Below, piece after piece: positions 17,561-28,801 of a DNA stretch of 32,000 bases (position 1 is the stretch's first letter; each line of letters starts with the position of its first letter). Source of the DNA: Cylindrospermopsis raciborskii Cr2010 (GTDB taxonomy: Bacteria; Cyanobacteriota; Cyanobacteriia; Cyanobacteriales; Nostocaceae); assembly GCF_003367075.2 (NCBI RefSeq), contig NZ_CP065936.1, positions 1,560,001 to 1,592,000 of the forward strand, in the 5' to 3' direction. A program made the translations under genes and the position numbers. Under the pieces are notes generated by a model. It searched no databases. It saw only the letters and a program-made list of their open reading frames with translations, and had not been told where the DNA came from.

Positions 17561-18502
17561 CTATACTCGCAAAATTGCTAAAAATGTACATTCCCAAACC
17601 AGTCGCGGTTGAGCGTAGCACAACAAGTTTTTTCGAGTCTTTTCTAATTCTTGAATAATCTGTGGTTTATGTGTTTTTTGCCAATAATACTGTTGTAAGT
17701 ATTCAATTAACCATAGCTGTCCTTCCGTGTCTAGCTCCCGATCAATTCTTTTACCCAATTCCAAGGCGTGTAAGTATGAGGTGGGCAATTTTTTTACTTC
17801 CTGGAGTAATTCGCTATTAATGCTTTGTAGTTGTTGGTGAGCCAAAATAGCACTTCCCGGACTCCCCGCAGCTAGGTTTAAGATTTCTGGGTGTTCTAAA
17901 ATCTCTAGGTTTCCTGTTCTGGTTAACACCTGAGTTAAACTACTACTGTCTAACCTATAAAAGGGAATTTTTTGACACCGGGAAACCAATGTGGGTAGAA
18001 TAGATTCCGGACTAGGTGCAATTAAAATTAAAGTTGCTCTTCCTGGTTCCTCTAAAGTTTTTAGTAGAGCATTAGCAGCAGATTCAGCCATAGCCTCTGC
18101 TTGCTCTATTACTACCACGCTACGTACAGACTCTAAGGGAGGACGGGATAAAAATTGAGAGATTTCCCTAATTTGCTCCAATCTAATTACCGGTGGTGCT
18201 TTACGCTTAACCTTTTTTTCTGCTGCTTGTGCTGCGGTTAGTCTTTCTCCTTGATATTGATAGGTGGGTTCTACCCAGAATAAGTCTGGGTGATTTCTTT
18301 GACTAACACGGTTTTTTAAAACGGACAATTCTTCACCATCTCTAGAACCAGCAAACAGTAGTTGGATAAAACACGTTGCTGCTAAACTTCTCCCTACCCC
18401 ATCCTTCCCCGCAAATAAGTAAGCTGGTGCAATACGGTTTTGTTTCACGGATGCAGTTAATAGTTCTATGGCTTGTTGCTGTCCTATCAGTTCTTCAAAC
18501 AT
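17561..18502 (-). CDS. holB: DNA polymerase III subunit delta'
   Basis: 313 aa; MFEELIGQQQAIELL, YLFAGKDGVGRS, EQAEAMAESAANALLKTLEEPG, LISRCQ-type sensor (LPTLVSRCQ). Confidence 0.92.
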   Translation of the reverse strand: MFEELIGQQQAIELLTASVKQNRIAPAYLFAGKDGVGRSLAATCFIQLLFAGSRDGEELSVLKNRVSQRNHPDLFWVEPTYQYQGERLTAAQAAEKKVKRKAPPVIRLEQIREISQFLSRPPLESVRSVVVIEQAEAMAESAANALLKTLEEPGRATLILIAPSPESILPTLVSRCQKIPFYRLDSSSLTQVLTRTGNLEILEHPEILNLAAGSPGSAILAHQQLQSINSELLQEVKKLPTSYLHALELGKRIDRELDTEGQLWLIEYLQQYYWQKTHKPQIIQELEKTRKNLLCYAQPRLVWECTFLAILRV

Positions 18503-18518
18503 GAAAATGGAATGGTGT

Positions 18519-19169
18519 CTAAGCAGTAGTGTTCACCAACGATTTTACAAACAAATTGTCAATTAAAATTTTCCTGATGTTTTCCTGGACTAATTCCGGT
18601 TCCCGATTACCATCTACCCGAATTATCTTCGATGGATGGTTTTTAGCTATTTTATTATATCCCTCTTGCACACGATGGTGAAATTCTATTGTTTCTTGCT
18701 CCATTCTATCCAGTTCTGCTTGACCACGTTTACGACTTAGTCCTATCTCTACATCTATATCTAACCAAATGGTTAGGTCACTTTCTAAACCTCCAGTAGC
18801 AATCTGATTAAGTTGGTCAATTATAATCATGTTTAACCCCCTACCATACCCCTGATAAGCAACAGTGGAATTTGTATAGCGATCGCACAGAATATATTTC
18901 CCGGTTGCTAAGTTTGGTTTAATAATACTGCTAACATGTTGTGAACGGTCTGCTGTATATAATAGCAGCTCTGCCATTTCGTCCAGTGGTTGCTCGTAAA
19001 ATGTTTCCAGCAGCAACTTTCTTAAATTTTGTCCCAGGTGTGTTCCTCCTGGTTCGCGAGTTAGCAAAAAAGAAATTCCCAGGGTTTGTAACCACTGCGC
19101 CAACATTTGCATTTGAGTGGTTTTACCTGATCCTTCCACTCCCTCAAAGACAATTAACTTACCTATCAT
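18519..19169 (-). CDS. tmk: Thymidylate kinase
   Basis: 216 aa; GKLIVFEGVEGSGKTTQMQ, LLTREPGGTHLGQ, LCDRYTNSTVAYQGYGRG. Confidence 0.96.
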   Translation of the reverse strand: MIGKLIVFEGVEGSGKTTQMQMLAQWLQTLGISFLLTREPGGTHLGQNLRKLLLETFYEQPLDEMAELLLYTADRSQHVSSIIKPNLATGKYILCDRYTNSTVAYQGYGRGLNMIIIDQLNQIATGGLESDLTIWLDIDVEIGLSRKRGQAELDRMEQETIEFHHRVQEGYNKIAKNHPSKIIRVDGNREPELVQENIRKILIDNLFVKSLVNTTA

Positions 19170-19284
19170 ACTTATAGTATTTGTGGTTTGAAAACGACCA
19201 CATTATAGATCGAGGAAGAATGCTTAGGAAAGGGTCTTGCGGTTAGATTATGTGCTACAATGCCAATTATATATCATAATGAAA

Positions 19285-19307
19285 AGGCTTGGTTGTTGAC
19301 CAAGCCT
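19285..19307. terminator. Hairpin/terminator-like element
   Basis: AGGCTTGGT-TGTTG-ACCAAGCCT (9 bp stem); minus-strand reading is followed by TTTTC. Confidence 0.55.
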
Positions 19308-19309
19308 AG

Positions 19310-19528
19310 ATATATACCAAGTGTTTACCATGCTTATTAATTTAGATTGATAAAAATATAATCTCATCTTCCTAAAGTATAGCTTTAGCCAAAACGCTAT
19401 AAACTTAGTTGATAGACATTGTATGGCTATATGTTGAAAAACTAAGTTTGTACACTTCCATTGGATAGATGAAATAGCAGAAAATAGAACGTAGACTTAT
19501 CGATATATGGTAAACACCTGGTATATAT
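19310..19528. mobile_element. Putative MITE-like non-coding element
   Basis: 22 bp terminal inverted repeats with one mismatch: ATATATACCAAGTGTTTACCAT (19310-19331) and ATGGTAAACACCTGGTATATAT (19507-19528). Internal inverted repeat AAACTTAGTT (19402-19411)/AACTAAGTTT (19440-19449). No supported ORF. Confidence 0.5.
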
Positions 19529-19557
19529 AAAAGGCTTGGATTGTATTCAAGCCTTTT
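19529..19557 (-). terminator. Rho-independent-like terminator downstream of tRNA-Arg
   Basis: AAAAGGCTTG-GATTGTATT-CAAGCCTTTT, 10 bp stem; T-rich on the minus strand. Confidence 0.6.
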
Positions 19558-19603
19558 TCATAGGTTTTTATCGCGGACAAATAATCTGGCAATTTACATT
19601 AAG

Positions 19604-19676
19604 CGAGCGCGGAGGGATTTGAACCCCCGACCCACAGAACCGGAATCTGTTGCTCTATCCACTGAGCCACGCGCCC
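19604..19676 (-). tRNA. tRNA-Arg(CCG)
   Basis: 73 nt cloverleaf: acceptor GGGCGCG/CGCGCTC, anticodon arm ACAGA-TTCCGGT-TCTGT, T loop TTCAAAT. Confidence 0.95.
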
Positions 19677-19750
19677 TCATACTCCCAAAAGTATAATGCC
19701 ATTGTAACACGGTTTTACTGGTTAGCTGGAATTATTTCACCAATAATTTA

Positions 19751-21109
19751 TTAAGAATTGTTAAGATTCCCACTCAAGGAAGAAAAATATTGGGACTTCC
19801 ACTCATCTAAATCCGCTAATGATCTATCTCGATAACGCCCGTATTTTTCTGGTTTGCTCTTGATTTTAACGCCCAAATCTGGAACTATGCCAAAATTGGG
19901 TGGCATGGGTTGAAAATGCTTGGGCGCTGCACCACTAATAAACTCAAATAAAGATCCCATCATTGTGGTGTTCGGTAGGGTGAGAGGTTCCTTCCCTAGG
20001 GCAATTCTTGCCGCATTAGTCCCTGCTAGCCAACCACCAGCAGATGCAGCGGTATAACCCTCCGTACCAATTAGTTGTCCTGCTGCTAGTAGGGTATGTC
20101 GTTGTTTAAATTGCAGGGTCGGTAAAACTAACTGGGGCGCGTTTAAAAAAGTGTTCCGGTGCATTACTCCCAATCTAACAAACTCGGCGTTTTCCAAACC
20201 GGGAATCATTCTAAACACCCGTTTTTGCTCCCCCCAACGTAAATTGGTTTGAAACCCTACCATATTCCATAGTTGGCCAGCTTTATCTTCTTGTCGTAAC
20301 TGTACTACTGCGTAGTTACGCTCTCCAGTTCTTTCATCTGTTAAACCCACCGGTTTCAGGGGACCATATCGCATGGTGTCCTCCCCTCTTTGTGCCATTT
20401 CTTCTATGGGTAAACAGGCTTCAAAAAACTTCGCCGTCTCTCTTTCAAAGTCCTTTAATTCTGTTTGTTCCGCTTGGCAAAGTGCTTCCCGAAATTCTAA
20501 ATACTGCTGTTTACTCATGGGACAATTTAAATAGGCCGCCTCACCTTTGTCATAACGGGAAGCCATAAAGGCAATATCCCTATTAATGGAATCCCCTACT
20601 ATTATGGGACTAGCAGCATCAAAGAAGTTGAGATATTCTAATCCCGTGAATTGTTGAATATCAGCGGATAATTGGGGACTGGTTAGTGGTCCTGAGGCTA
20701 AAACCACTATCCCCGCAGGAACTTCCTTTACCTCCCCTCGTCGTAAATCAATCAAAGGGTGATTGGCTAAGGTCTGGGTGAGATCCTCTCCAAATTTTCC
20801 CCTGTCTACCGCTAAAGCACCACCCGCTGGTACTGCATGTTCATCCGCTTTACTAATAACTATAGAGTCAAGTTGTCGCAGTTCTTCATGCAGTAACCCA
20901 GCTGCGCGATCGCTTGCCATAGCTCCAAAGGAATTACTACACACTAGTTCAGCTAAGTTTTCCGTATGATGGGCGGGACTAAAGCGTTGGGGACGCATTT
21001 CGTGTAGAATCACGGGTACTCCTGCTTGAGCTATTTGCCATGCTGCTTCTGTGCCTGCAAGTCCACCGCCTATTACTTGTATTGGTTCTTTTATGAGTTC
21101 TAATATCAT
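19751..21109 (-). CDS. trmFO: Methylenetetrahydrofolate--tRNA-(uracil-5-)-methyltransferase TrmFO
   Basis: 452 aa; [48 protein letters not shown]. Confidence 0.95.
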   Translation of the reverse strand: MILELIKEPIQVIGGGLAGTEAAWQIAQAGVPVILHEMRPQRFSPAHHTENLAELVCSNSFGAMASDRAAGLLHEELRQLDSIVISKADEHAVPAGGALAVDRGKFGEDLTQTLANHPLIDLRRGEVKEVPAGIVVLASGPLTSPQLSADIQQFTGLEYLNFFDAASPIIVGDSINRDIAFMASRYDKGEAAYLNCPMSKQQYLEFREALCQAEQTELKDFERETAKFFEACLPIEEMAQRGEDTMRYGPLKPVGLTDERTGERNYAVVQLRQEDKAGQLWNMVGFQTNLRWGEQKRVFRMIPGLENAEFVRLGVMHRNTFLNAPQLVLPTLQFKQRHTLLAAGQLIGTEGYTAASAGGWLAGTNAARIALGKEPLTLPNTTMMGSLFEFISGAAPKHFQPMPPNFGIVPDLGVKIKSKPEKYGRYRDRSLADLDEWKSQYFSSLSGNLNNS

Positions 21110-21118
21110 AGTCGTATT

Positions 21119-21949
21119 TTATAAAACAATATGGGGATGAATAAATTGATAACCCGCATCCTTGAGTTTTTGGTTAGAAACCCAGGTATTATACTGACGA
21201 GTACTTTTGTTGGTAGCATCCCATATTACATTGGGCAAATTATGAGTTTTTAAAACACCATCAATGAGTTCTCGACTAGTAAAATGACTGTCGTCTACTA
21301 AATTATAAATCCCTTGTAACCGTTGCCAACGGGCAAATTCTACAACTCTCACAATATCATCCAAATGTACCCAGTTGGTGATTTCCTCGCCATTTCCCTC
21401 ACGGGTTGTGCCAGCTGTTCTGCTAAATATTTTAATTAATTCTCTTCCTGGTCCATAAATTCCCCCTAACCGCAAAATACAAACGCGCAGATTCTCCGTT
21501 GCTGCTGCTAGTAAAATTTCCTCGGTTTTGCCAAGAATCTGACTGTTCAAATTGGGTGGAGCTGGTGGTGTCTCCTCATCTACCCACACACCGTTTCTAT
21601 CACCATAAATCGCATAACTACTTGTGTAAATTAATTGTTTAATTTTAGGATGGTATTTTATTAAAGAGGTTACTGTTTTAGCAGTTTCCAAATAGGTTTT
21701 TTCATAACTGCTACTACTTTTAGCACCTACAGCTAATAGAACCACATCTTGATTTTTTAAAACCCTATTTAAAACGACTTGGTCATCACCCATAGTGACT
21801 TCAACTGCATCTGCTACTTCTTGTAGGGTTGAGACTTTATGCTCACTGGTAGTAGTTAAAGTAACCCTAAAACTCGGATTTTGCCGCCAAAACTTAGCAA
21901 CCGCATAACCAACATACCCACAACCAATAATTGCTACATTCATAATCAT
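21119..21949 (-). CDS. NAD-dependent epimerase/dehydratase family protein
   Basis: 276 aa; N-terminal VAIIGCGYVGYAVAKFW, YTSSYAIYGD, RLGGIYGPGRE, WVHLDDIVR. Confidence 0.85.
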   Translation of the reverse strand: MIMNVAIIGCGYVGYAVAKFWRQNPSFRVTLTTTSEHKVSTLQEVADAVEVTMGDDQVVLNRVLKNQDVVLLAVGAKSSSSYEKTYLETAKTVTSLIKYHPKIKQLIYTSSYAIYGDRNGVWVDEETPPAPPNLNSQILGKTEEILLAAATENLRVCILRLGGIYGPGRELIKIFSRTAGTTREGNGEEITNWVHLDDIVRVVEFARWQRLQGIYNLVDDSHFTSRELIDGVLKTHNLPNVIWDATNKSTRQYNTWVSNQKLKDAGYQFIHPHIVL

Positions 21950-22110
21950 TTACACACCAAAAAAATACTTAACCTTACTCATGCCAACCTTGCGGTTACT
22001 GGCAGCGTGCTTATTTTTACTACCTGTGGCTGATACTTTTTAGGAATAGGATTTAGCATGATATGTAAATGAAAAGCACAATTTCCGTTATACAGGATAC
22101 TCTTTTCTAT

Positions 22111-22782
22111 TTAACCATAAATTGCACCATCAGGCATAATGGCTCCTGTAAGGTTTGCACCCACTAGCTTGACCAGGAGACGCTCCCCTGAGCGCATTCT
22201 AGCACCAGTTAGGTCAGCACCTCGCAGATCTGCACCGCTGAGATCTGCACCTATTAAATTGGCTGAACGTAAGTTTGCCTCTCTTAAATCTGCCAATAGT
22301 AAGTTGGCTCGGAATAAATTAGCTCCTGATAGATTTGCACCTCTAAGATTAACCTTGTGCATAAAAGTATCACTAAGATTAGATCCACTTAAATTGGCAT
22401 AGCTAAGATTTCTACCTGATAGGTCCTTATTGCTGAGGTTAGCATGGCTAAAATCTCTACCACTGAGATCGGGATTTTGGGGAGGGTGTTGATTTGGTCG
22501 GTAATAGTTAGTCTGTGGTGGTGGGTAAGGGGACTTTTTGGATGTAGGTGGCTCAGAATTATGTCCAGGTTGAGACTGGTCTTGAAAGGAGCGTAATTTT
22601 TCCCGTGCTTGATTTAAGGCCTTGATCTTATCATGGGCTTTTTTCTGTAAGCGGTGATTATCCTTAGGTAGGCGATCAGGATGCCAAACAAAAACTAAAT
22701 CTTTGTAAGCTTGGTTAATCTCTTCTATGGTTGCACCAGGCTCTAAGTCTAATAGTGTGTAATAACGCTCCAGTTCGCTCAT
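22111..22782 (-). CDS. J-domain protein with C-terminal pentapeptide repeats
   Basis: 223 aa; YYTLLDLEPGATIEEINQAYKDLVFVWHPDRLP (HPD motif), Pro-rich linker, then LSGANLS/ADLSGADLRGADLTGA repeats. Confidence 0.9.
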   Translation of the reverse strand: MSELERYYTLLDLEPGATIEEINQAYKDLVFVWHPDRLPKDNHRLQKKAHDKIKALNQAREKLRSFQDQSQPGHNSEPPTSKKSPYPPPQTNYYRPNQHPPQNPDLSGRDFSHANLSNKDLSGRNLSYANLSGSNLSDTFMHKVNLRGANLSGANLFRANLLLADLREANLRSANLIGADLSGADLRGADLTGARMRSGERLLVKLVGANLTGAIMPDGAIYG

Positions 22783-22897
22783 GATGATTTATTAGTAGAA
22801 AATCAATTGACATGCTCAGAAGAAAATGAACCTCCCTCTTCCCTAATATTTCAAAATCATTAGAATATATTAAACCATAGCATTGGGAGCATAATTT

Positions 22898-25798
22898 GTG
22901 GTAGCCAATCCCACTTATCGTCAGATTTTGACTGAAACTACCCCTCCACTGGGAGAGTTTGTCAGTAGACACATTGGACCGAAAGCAGGTGATATCCAGG
23001 AGATGCTAAACTCCTTGGGTCTATCTAGCTTAGAGGAATTAATTGAGCAAACAGTACCCAGCTCAATTCGCTTTTTTCAGGAGTTGAACCTACCAGCTGC
23101 ACAACCTGAACATACAGCACTGGCTAAACTCAAACAAATAGCCAATAAAAATCAAATCTACCGCTCTTACATTGGTATGGGGTATTATGACTGTATTACT
23201 CCCCCAGTGATTCAAAGGAACATCTTAGAAAATCCTGGTTGGTATACAGCATACACTCCTTACCAACCAGAAATTGCCCAGGGACGTTTGGAAGCACTAT
23301 TAAACTTCCAAACCATGATCATTGATTTAACTGGATTGGAAATTGCTAATGCTTCTCTATTAGATGAAGCAACAGCAGCAGCAGAAGCCATGAGCATGAG
23401 TTATGGTGTGTGCAAAAACAAATCCTCTAACTATTTTGTTTCCAGCACCTGTCACCCTCAAACCATTGATGTGCTCCAAACCCGAGCTAAACCTTTGGGA
23501 ATTAAAATCATTATTGGAGATCATCAAACCTTTGATTTTGCTGAGCCAATTTTTGGTGCTATTCTCCAATATCCTGGAACAGATGGTAAAGTTCACGATT
23601 ATCGCCAGTTTATAGCCCAGTCCCATGCTCAGGGTGCATTGGTGACCATAGCAGCAGATCCATTGAGTTTGACCTTATTGACACCACCAGGAGAATTGGG
23701 AGCGGATATTGCCATAGGAAGTACCCAGAGATTCGGTATTCCTTTGGGTTTTGGTGGACCTCATGCGGCTTATTTTGCTACTAAGGAGGAGTATAAACGG
23801 TCAGTTCCAGGGCGAATTGTGGGGGTGTCTAAAGATGTTCACGGTAAGCTGGCCTATCGTTTGGCTTTACAAACCCGTGAACAACATATTCGTCGCGATA
23901 AGGCTACTAGCAATATTTGTACAGCTCAGGTACTTTTAGCGGTAATGGCGAGTATGTACGCAGTTTATCATGGTCCCAATGGACTGAAAAAGATTGCAGA
24001 AAATATTCATCAACTGACTAAGGATTTAGCAGCAGGACTGGAAAAATTGGGTTATGAAGTCCTGAATAGGAACTTCTTTGACACCCTGCGTGTGGGGTTA
24101 GGAAATAGGAGTTTGGAAACACTCCTGATAGCTGCAGATGAGAGAAACATCAATTTGCGGATTTTTGATGATGGGGATATAGGAATTTCCCTGGATGAAA
24201 CCACAGGTTTTACAGATGTGATAGATTTGTGGCAGATTTTCGCTTTTGCTAATGGAATAGGGGATGGGTATGGTTTCCCCTTCAAAGTTGAAGAAATTAG
24301 GGAAACTAATTCCTATCTGGGTCAAATTCGCACTAGTCCCTATCTTACCCACCCCATATTTAATAGTCACCATTCTGAAACTGAATTACTGCGGTATTTA
24401 CATCAGTTGGAAACTAAGGATTTATCATTGACAACTTCTATGATTGCCTTAGGTTCCTGTACTATGAAGTTAAATGCTACTTCGGAGATGATTCCTGTTA
24501 GTTGGGCGGAATTTAGCAAAATTCACCCCTTTGCACCAATTACCCAAACTAGAGGTTATCAAATCCTCTTTCAACAATTGGCAACATGGTTAGCAGAAAT
24601 CACCGGTTTTGCGTCTATATCTTTACAACCTAATGCTGGTTCTCAGGGAGAATACGCAGGACTATTAGTCATTCGTGAATATCATCAAAGCAGACAAGAA
24701 GGACACCGCAATATCTGTTTAATTCCCCAATCTGCTCATGGCACAAATCCCGCAAGTGCAGTTATGTGTGGTATGAAGGTGGTAGCTGTCGCTTGTGATG
24801 AATGTGGTAATATCGATTTGGGAGATTTAAGCACCAAGGTACAAAAACATAGTCGTGAGCTGGCCGCTTTAATGATTACCTATCCATCAACCCATGGGGT
24901 GTTTGAAGAAACTATACAGGAAATCTGTGCCCTAGTTCACCAACATGGTGGACAGGTGTATATGGATGGAGCTAATATGAATGCCCAGGTGGGTATTTGT
25001 CGTCCCGGTGATTTGGGTGCGGATGTTTGTCATTTGAACCTACACAAAACCTTTTGTATTCCCCATGGTGGTGGTGGTCCAGGAATGGGTCCCATTGGTG
25101 TTGCTCCCCATCTGGTGGAGTTTCTACCAGGTCATTCTGTGGTTAAATTAGATAGTGACCACGGTGCGGTTTCTGCTGCACCCTGGGGAAGTGCCAGTAT
25201 CTTGGTTATTTCCTGGATGTATATAGCTATGATGGGTGCAGATGGCCTAACTCAAGCAACCAAAATCGCTATTTTGAATGCTAATTACATTGCCAAGCGA
25301 TTGGAATCTTTTTACCCTGTTTTATATAAGGGTAAACATGGTTTTGTCGCCCATGAATGTATTTTAGACCTGCGAGGAGTAAAAAAATCAGCAAACATTG
25401 AGGTGGATGATATTGCTAAACGTCTCATGGACTATGGTTTTCACGCTCCTACGGTCTCTTGGCCTGTAGCAGGAACAATCATGGTTGAACCTACGGAAAG
25501 TGAGTCGAAAGCTGAGTTGGACCGTTTTTGTGATGCACTAATTGCCATTCGTCAGGAAATTTTGCACCTCGAGTCTGGTATTATGAATCCGGAAGATAAT
25601 CCCTTGAAAAACGCCCCCCACACTATACAAAGTTTGATTGTTGGTGATTGGAACCACTGTTACTCCCGCGAACAAGCTGCTTACCCTACGGACTGGACTC
25701 GTCAATTTAAGTTTTGGCCGAGTGTAGGTAGGATAGACGCCGCTTTTGGCGATCGCAATTTTGTTTGTTCTTGTTTACCTTTAGATTCGTACATGTAA
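22898..25798 (+). CDS. gcvP: Glycine dehydrogenase (aminomethyl-transferring), P protein
   Basis: 966 aa; [44 protein letters not shown]; GTG start codon. Confidence 0.97.
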   Translation: MVANPTYRQILTETTPPLGEFVSRHIGPKAGDIQEMLNSLGLSSLEELIEQTVPSSIRFFQELNLPAAQPEHTALAKLKQIANKNQIYRSYIGMGYYDCITPPVIQRNILENPGWYTAYTPYQPEIAQGRLEALLNFQTMIIDLTGLEIANASLLDEATAAAEAMSMSYGVCKNKSSNYFVSSTCHPQTIDVLQTRAKPLGIKIIIGDHQTFDFAEPIFGAILQYPGTDGKVHDYRQFIAQSHAQGALVTIAADPLSLTLLTPPGELGADIAIGSTQRFGIPLGFGGPHAAYFATKEEYKRSVPGRIVGVSKDVHGKLAYRLALQTREQHIRRDKATSNICTAQVLLAVMASMYAVYHGPNGLKKIAENIHQLTKDLAAGLEKLGYEVLNRNFFDTLRVGLGNRSLETLLIAADERNINLRIFDDGDIGISLDETTGFTDVIDLWQIFAFANGIGDGYGFPFKVEEIRETNSYLGQIRTSPYLTHPIFNSHHSETELLRYLHQLETKDLSLTTSMIALGSCTMKLNATSEMIPVSWAEFSKIHPFAPITQTRGYQILFQQLATWLAEITGFASISLQPNAGSQGEYAGLLVIREYHQSRQEGHRNICLIPQSAHGTNPASAVMCGMKVVAVACDECGNIDLGDLSTKVQKHSRELAALMITYPSTHGVFEETIQEICALVHQHGGQVYMDGANMNAQVGICRPGDLGADVCHLNLHKTFCIPHGGGGPGMGPIGVAPHLVEFLPGHSVVKLDSDHGAVSAAPWGSASILVISWMYIAMMGADGLTQATKIAILNANYIAKRLESFYPVLYKGKHGFVAHECILDLRGVKKSANIEVDDIAKRLMDYGFHAPTVSWPVAGTIMVEPTESESKAELDRFCDALIAIRQEILHLESGIMNPEDNPLKNAPHTIQSLIVGDWNHCYSREQAAYPTDWTRQFKFWPSVGRIDAAFGDRNFVCSCLPLDSYM

Positions 25799-25801
25799 AA
25801 T

Positions 25802-25825
25802 AGTAGGAGGGGATGGCCCTCCTAC
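25802..25825. terminator. Bidirectional hairpin between convergent gcvP and proA
   Basis: AGTAGGAGGG-ATGG-CCCTCCTACT, perfect 10 bp stem in a 28 bp intergenic gap. Confidence 0.6.
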
Positions 25826-25826
25826 T

Positions 25827-27056
25827 CTAAAATCTCCCATTCCCCTGAATAATATGTTTCACAGTGGTCAAAGTTTCTAAACTAATGAAACCTCTCCTTT
25901 GACCTCTTTGATTTGACATTCCCAAAAACACCGCATCTCCCCTGGAAGAATTACGAGCAAATCGAGGAGAAGCATTGATATATGTGGATGCACTGTTAAC
26001 ACCTAAGGCAAATTGTCTGCTTTCTTGGTAAGACTCTGTGGCTATAGCATCCGCGTGACTACTACTATATTGATTAATCCAGGCGATCGCACTATCTAGG
26101 GTATCTACCAATTTGAAAGCGATGGTCTTATTTAAATATGGAGTTCCCCATTCCTCATCTTGAACCAATTGCAGTTGGGGAAAAGCTTGTACTAGTTCGC
26201 CATCTCCCTTGAGTTGAAAACCCCTGTCTTTTAGACTGTTCCACAGTGCAGATAGGGAGGATGGTAAGGACTGACGGTGGACTAAAACCTTTTCAATAGC
26301 ATTTACTGGATCCGGTTCGCTTTCATGACTATCCAAGACCATCCATCGTACCATTTCTAAGCTCCCATTTAAAGACCAGTAAAGGTAACAATTCCCCATA
26401 GCTGATTTTAATATGGGACAGGTTGCTTGTCTAACTACTTGTTGAATCAAGCTGGAACGTCCATAAGGAATAACCAAACTTAAATAGTCTTCCTGAGTCA
26501 CTAAATCCCTGATAGAAGTGCCATGTTCTGCTGTAATTAATTCTACACAACCACTAGGGAGACCCGCATCTAAAATCGCCGTTTGGAGAATTTCTGCGAT
26601 CGCTCTATTGGAATGACTAGCTTCCGTACTTCCCTTGAGAATAAGGCTATTACCAGTTTTCAGACAAAAACCGGCGGCAATGGCCCCTAATTCCGGTAAA
26701 GCCTCATAAATAAAACCAATTACACCCAAGGGCATAAGTTGGGTATAACTTTGAGAATCTTCCTGTTGATAATCAGCAGTTCTCACCCGTCGTAGGGGAT
26801 CGGATAGTTCCCCCAATCGCTCCAGCAGATCCACGGTTGCTTGCAAGCGACTAGGGGTAAGTTTAAGCCAGTCCAGGATTAATTCTGGAACTGCCATTTC
26901 CCTACTTGCTTCCAAATCAAGGGTATTGGCTTCCAGAATATCATCAAAGGAGCATTTTAGTGCCCTGGCCATTGCCAAAACGGCGCGACTCCGTTCCGCA
27001 CCTTTAGTTGTACCTAATTTGATGGCAGCATGATAAGCACGTTTGGCAATGTTCAT
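25827..27056 (-). CDS. proA: Glutamate-5-semialdehyde dehydrogenase
   Basis: 409 aa; LGVIGFIYEALPELGAIAAGFCLKTGNSLILKGS, GNCYLYW, NASPRFARNSSRGDAVFLGMSNQRGQRRG. Confidence 0.85.
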   Translation of the reverse strand: MNIAKRAYHAAIKLGTTKGAERSRAVLAMARALKCSFDDILEANTLDLEASREMAVPELILDWLKLTPSRLQATVDLLERLGELSDPLRRVRTADYQQEDSQSYTQLMPLGVIGFIYEALPELGAIAAGFCLKTGNSLILKGSTEASHSNRAIAEILQTAILDAGLPSGCVELITAEHGTSIRDLVTQEDYLSLVIPYGRSSLIQQVVRQATCPILKSAMGNCYLYWSLNGSLEMVRWMVLDSHESEPDPVNAIEKVLVHRQSLPSSLSALWNSLKDRGFQLKGDGELVQAFPQLQLVQDEEWGTPYLNKTIAFKLVDTLDSAIAWINQYSSSHADAIATESYQESRQFALGVNSASTYINASPRFARNSSRGDAVFLGMSNQRGQRRGFISLETLTTVKHIIQGNGRF

Positions 27057-27071
27057 GTACTAACAATAAAA

Positions 27072-27542
27072 TCAAGGTCTATAATTGAACCAGGCAATAA
27101 TTGCAGGTAGAGTGGCTAATAATACCACAATAGTTGCCCAAATAATCATACCTGAACCATTGGTAAATCGGAATGCTAACGGTAACCCAATAATCGCGAA
27201 TAACAAGATCATGGCTAAAACCATGGGAAATTGATTTTTCCCTAATTTGGGTTGCATTGGGTTCCATTTTCTCCCAGTCCAAGACCAAGTTCGCTTATAG
27301 GGGTAATTAGTACAGAGCTGTTCTAGTACATAACCATTACCTTCTACAACAAATATTTGTTGACAGCGATCGCATCCGAAAGCATCCGTTAGGGTGATGG
27401 GTACTAGGCGGCCCCGATGCCTGCAGGGACAAGCATGATCCGCATCTAGGTCTATTTTTTCTAGTTTCTGAGGTGGCACGACGAGTGTAAATATCTGTAG
27501 CGAGGTTGAGGGGGTGAATTCATTCTGGGTTAAGAACAACAT
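27072..27542 (-). CDS. Conserved small membrane protein with Cys motifs, function unknown
   Basis: 156 aa; CPCRHRGRLVPITLTDAFGCDRCQQIF then two C-terminal TM segments. Confidence 0.65.
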   Translation of the reverse strand: MLFLTQNEFTPSTSLQIFTLVVPPQKLEKIDLDADHACPCRHRGRLVPITLTDAFGCDRCQQIFVVEGNGYVLEQLCTNYPYKRTWSWTGRKWNPMQPKLGKNQFPMVLAMILLFAIIGLPLAFRFTNGSGMIIWATIVVLLATLPAIIAWFNYRP

Positions 27543-27662
27543 AATTTCAGGAGACCGTTATTAAACTCCAAAGTTTTGAGATTCACGCCTCCTCTAATAT
27601 ATTCTGACTAAAATCAAAACCGCCACATTTCACCAAAATTGAATTGGTGATACTTTTTTCAG

Positions 27663-27734
27663 AGCGGGTAACGCGATTCGAACGCGCGACATCAACCTTG
27701 GCAAGGTTGCGCTCTACCACTGAGCTATACCCGC
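27663..27734 (-). tRNA. tRNA-Gly(GCC)
   Basis: 72 nt cloverleaf: GCGGGTA...TACCCGC acceptor, anticodon arm CAACC-TTGCCAA-GGTTG, T loop TTCGAAT. Confidence 0.96.
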
Positions 27735-27835
27735 ATATTCAACACACTCCTAATATCTCAGATTTTTGGTAGATTGTCAACCCCTATTTTTAAAAAATTC
27801 CTAAATAATAATCCAATAATTTTTGTTCCAGGAAT

Positions 27836-28339
27836 TTAGGATTGGACTGATTTTGCCAGATTGGGGCGCAATTGGCGCATCAAACTAGCCATTTCTATGG
27901 CATCCATGGCATAATTCCAACCGTGATTACTTTTAATCCCTGCTCTTTCCAACGCTTGTTGCATGGTATCTGTAGTCAAAATCCCAAAAATCACTGGCAC
28001 ACCAGTTTGAAAGCTGGCTGCAGCAATTCCTTTAGATACTTCAGCGGATACATAATCAAAATGAGGTGTTTGTCCCTTAATTACTGCACCTAGACATATT
28101 ATTGCATCATAACGTTGAGAAATTGCTAACTGACGCGCCACTGTGGGAATTTCAAAACTACCGGGAACCCAAACATAATCTACTTGATTTCCTTGGGGGT
28201 CAGGATTTATCCCATGACGCTTGAGACAGTCTTGGCATCCTTCCAACAGCTTTACAGTCACGAGGTCATTGAAGCGACCAATAACCAGAGCAAACTTTAA
28301 AGCTTCCGCTTGAGTAAATGTTCCCTCAAAAACTGCCAT
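27836..28339 (-). CDS. ribH: 6,7-dimethyl-8-ribityllumazine synthase
   Basis: 167 aa; [51 protein letters not shown]. Confidence 0.95.
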   Translation of the reverse strand: MAVFEGTFTQAEALKFALVIGRFNDLVTVKLLEGCQDCLKRHGINPDPQGNQVDYVWVPGSFEIPTVARQLAISQRYDAIICLGAVIKGQTPHFDYVSAEVSKGIAAASFQTGVPVIFGILTTDTMQQALERAGIKSNHGWNYAMDAIEMASLMRQLRPNLAKSVQS

Positions 28340-28494
28340 TATTGCCTCTTTAAGTAAATATAAAGGATTAAATTTGTTTAACTGTAACTTAGGGTAAAAA
28401 GATAGAAGAGTGGATAAGTATAAACAGTTAAGTTAATAACTATCAGCTCCTCTAATCTTTAGATTATGGTTTTTTGTCCATTGGTAATTGTTCT

Positions 28495-28683
28495 TTAAAC
28501 CACAAAGAAGTTTAATACACCAACCAAAAGGACTAAAGCAATCCAAATTCCGGAACCGAGCCAAAGGAGCTTTTTGGAATCAACCCAGTTTTGAGGGGTT
28601 GCGTAAGCAACAGGAACACCTACCACCAGGACGAAAGAGAACAAAACCAAAGATACTAAAGCAAATTGGAATACTATGGTCAT
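28495..28683 (-). CDS. psbZ: Photosystem II reaction center protein Z
   Basis: 62 aa two-helix protein [33 protein letters not shown]... Confidence 0.95.
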   Translation of the reverse strand: MTIVFQFALVSLVLFSFVLVVGVPVAYATPQNWVDSKKLLWLGSGIWIALVLLVGVLNFFVV

Positions 28684-28801
28684 TTTACTTTTCCCAATAC
28701 ACCGAAATCATGACTTGTAAACGGACTGTCGCGTTATCATAGACAGAGTTACATAATTTTATCATCAAATAAATCCCTTATATTGGGAAGTCCCCCCTGT
28801 T

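Noticed and set aside
17352-17621. 89 aa ORF upstream of the oxidase operon
   Set aside because: Overlaps the end of holB and has no recognisable motif or homologous pattern.
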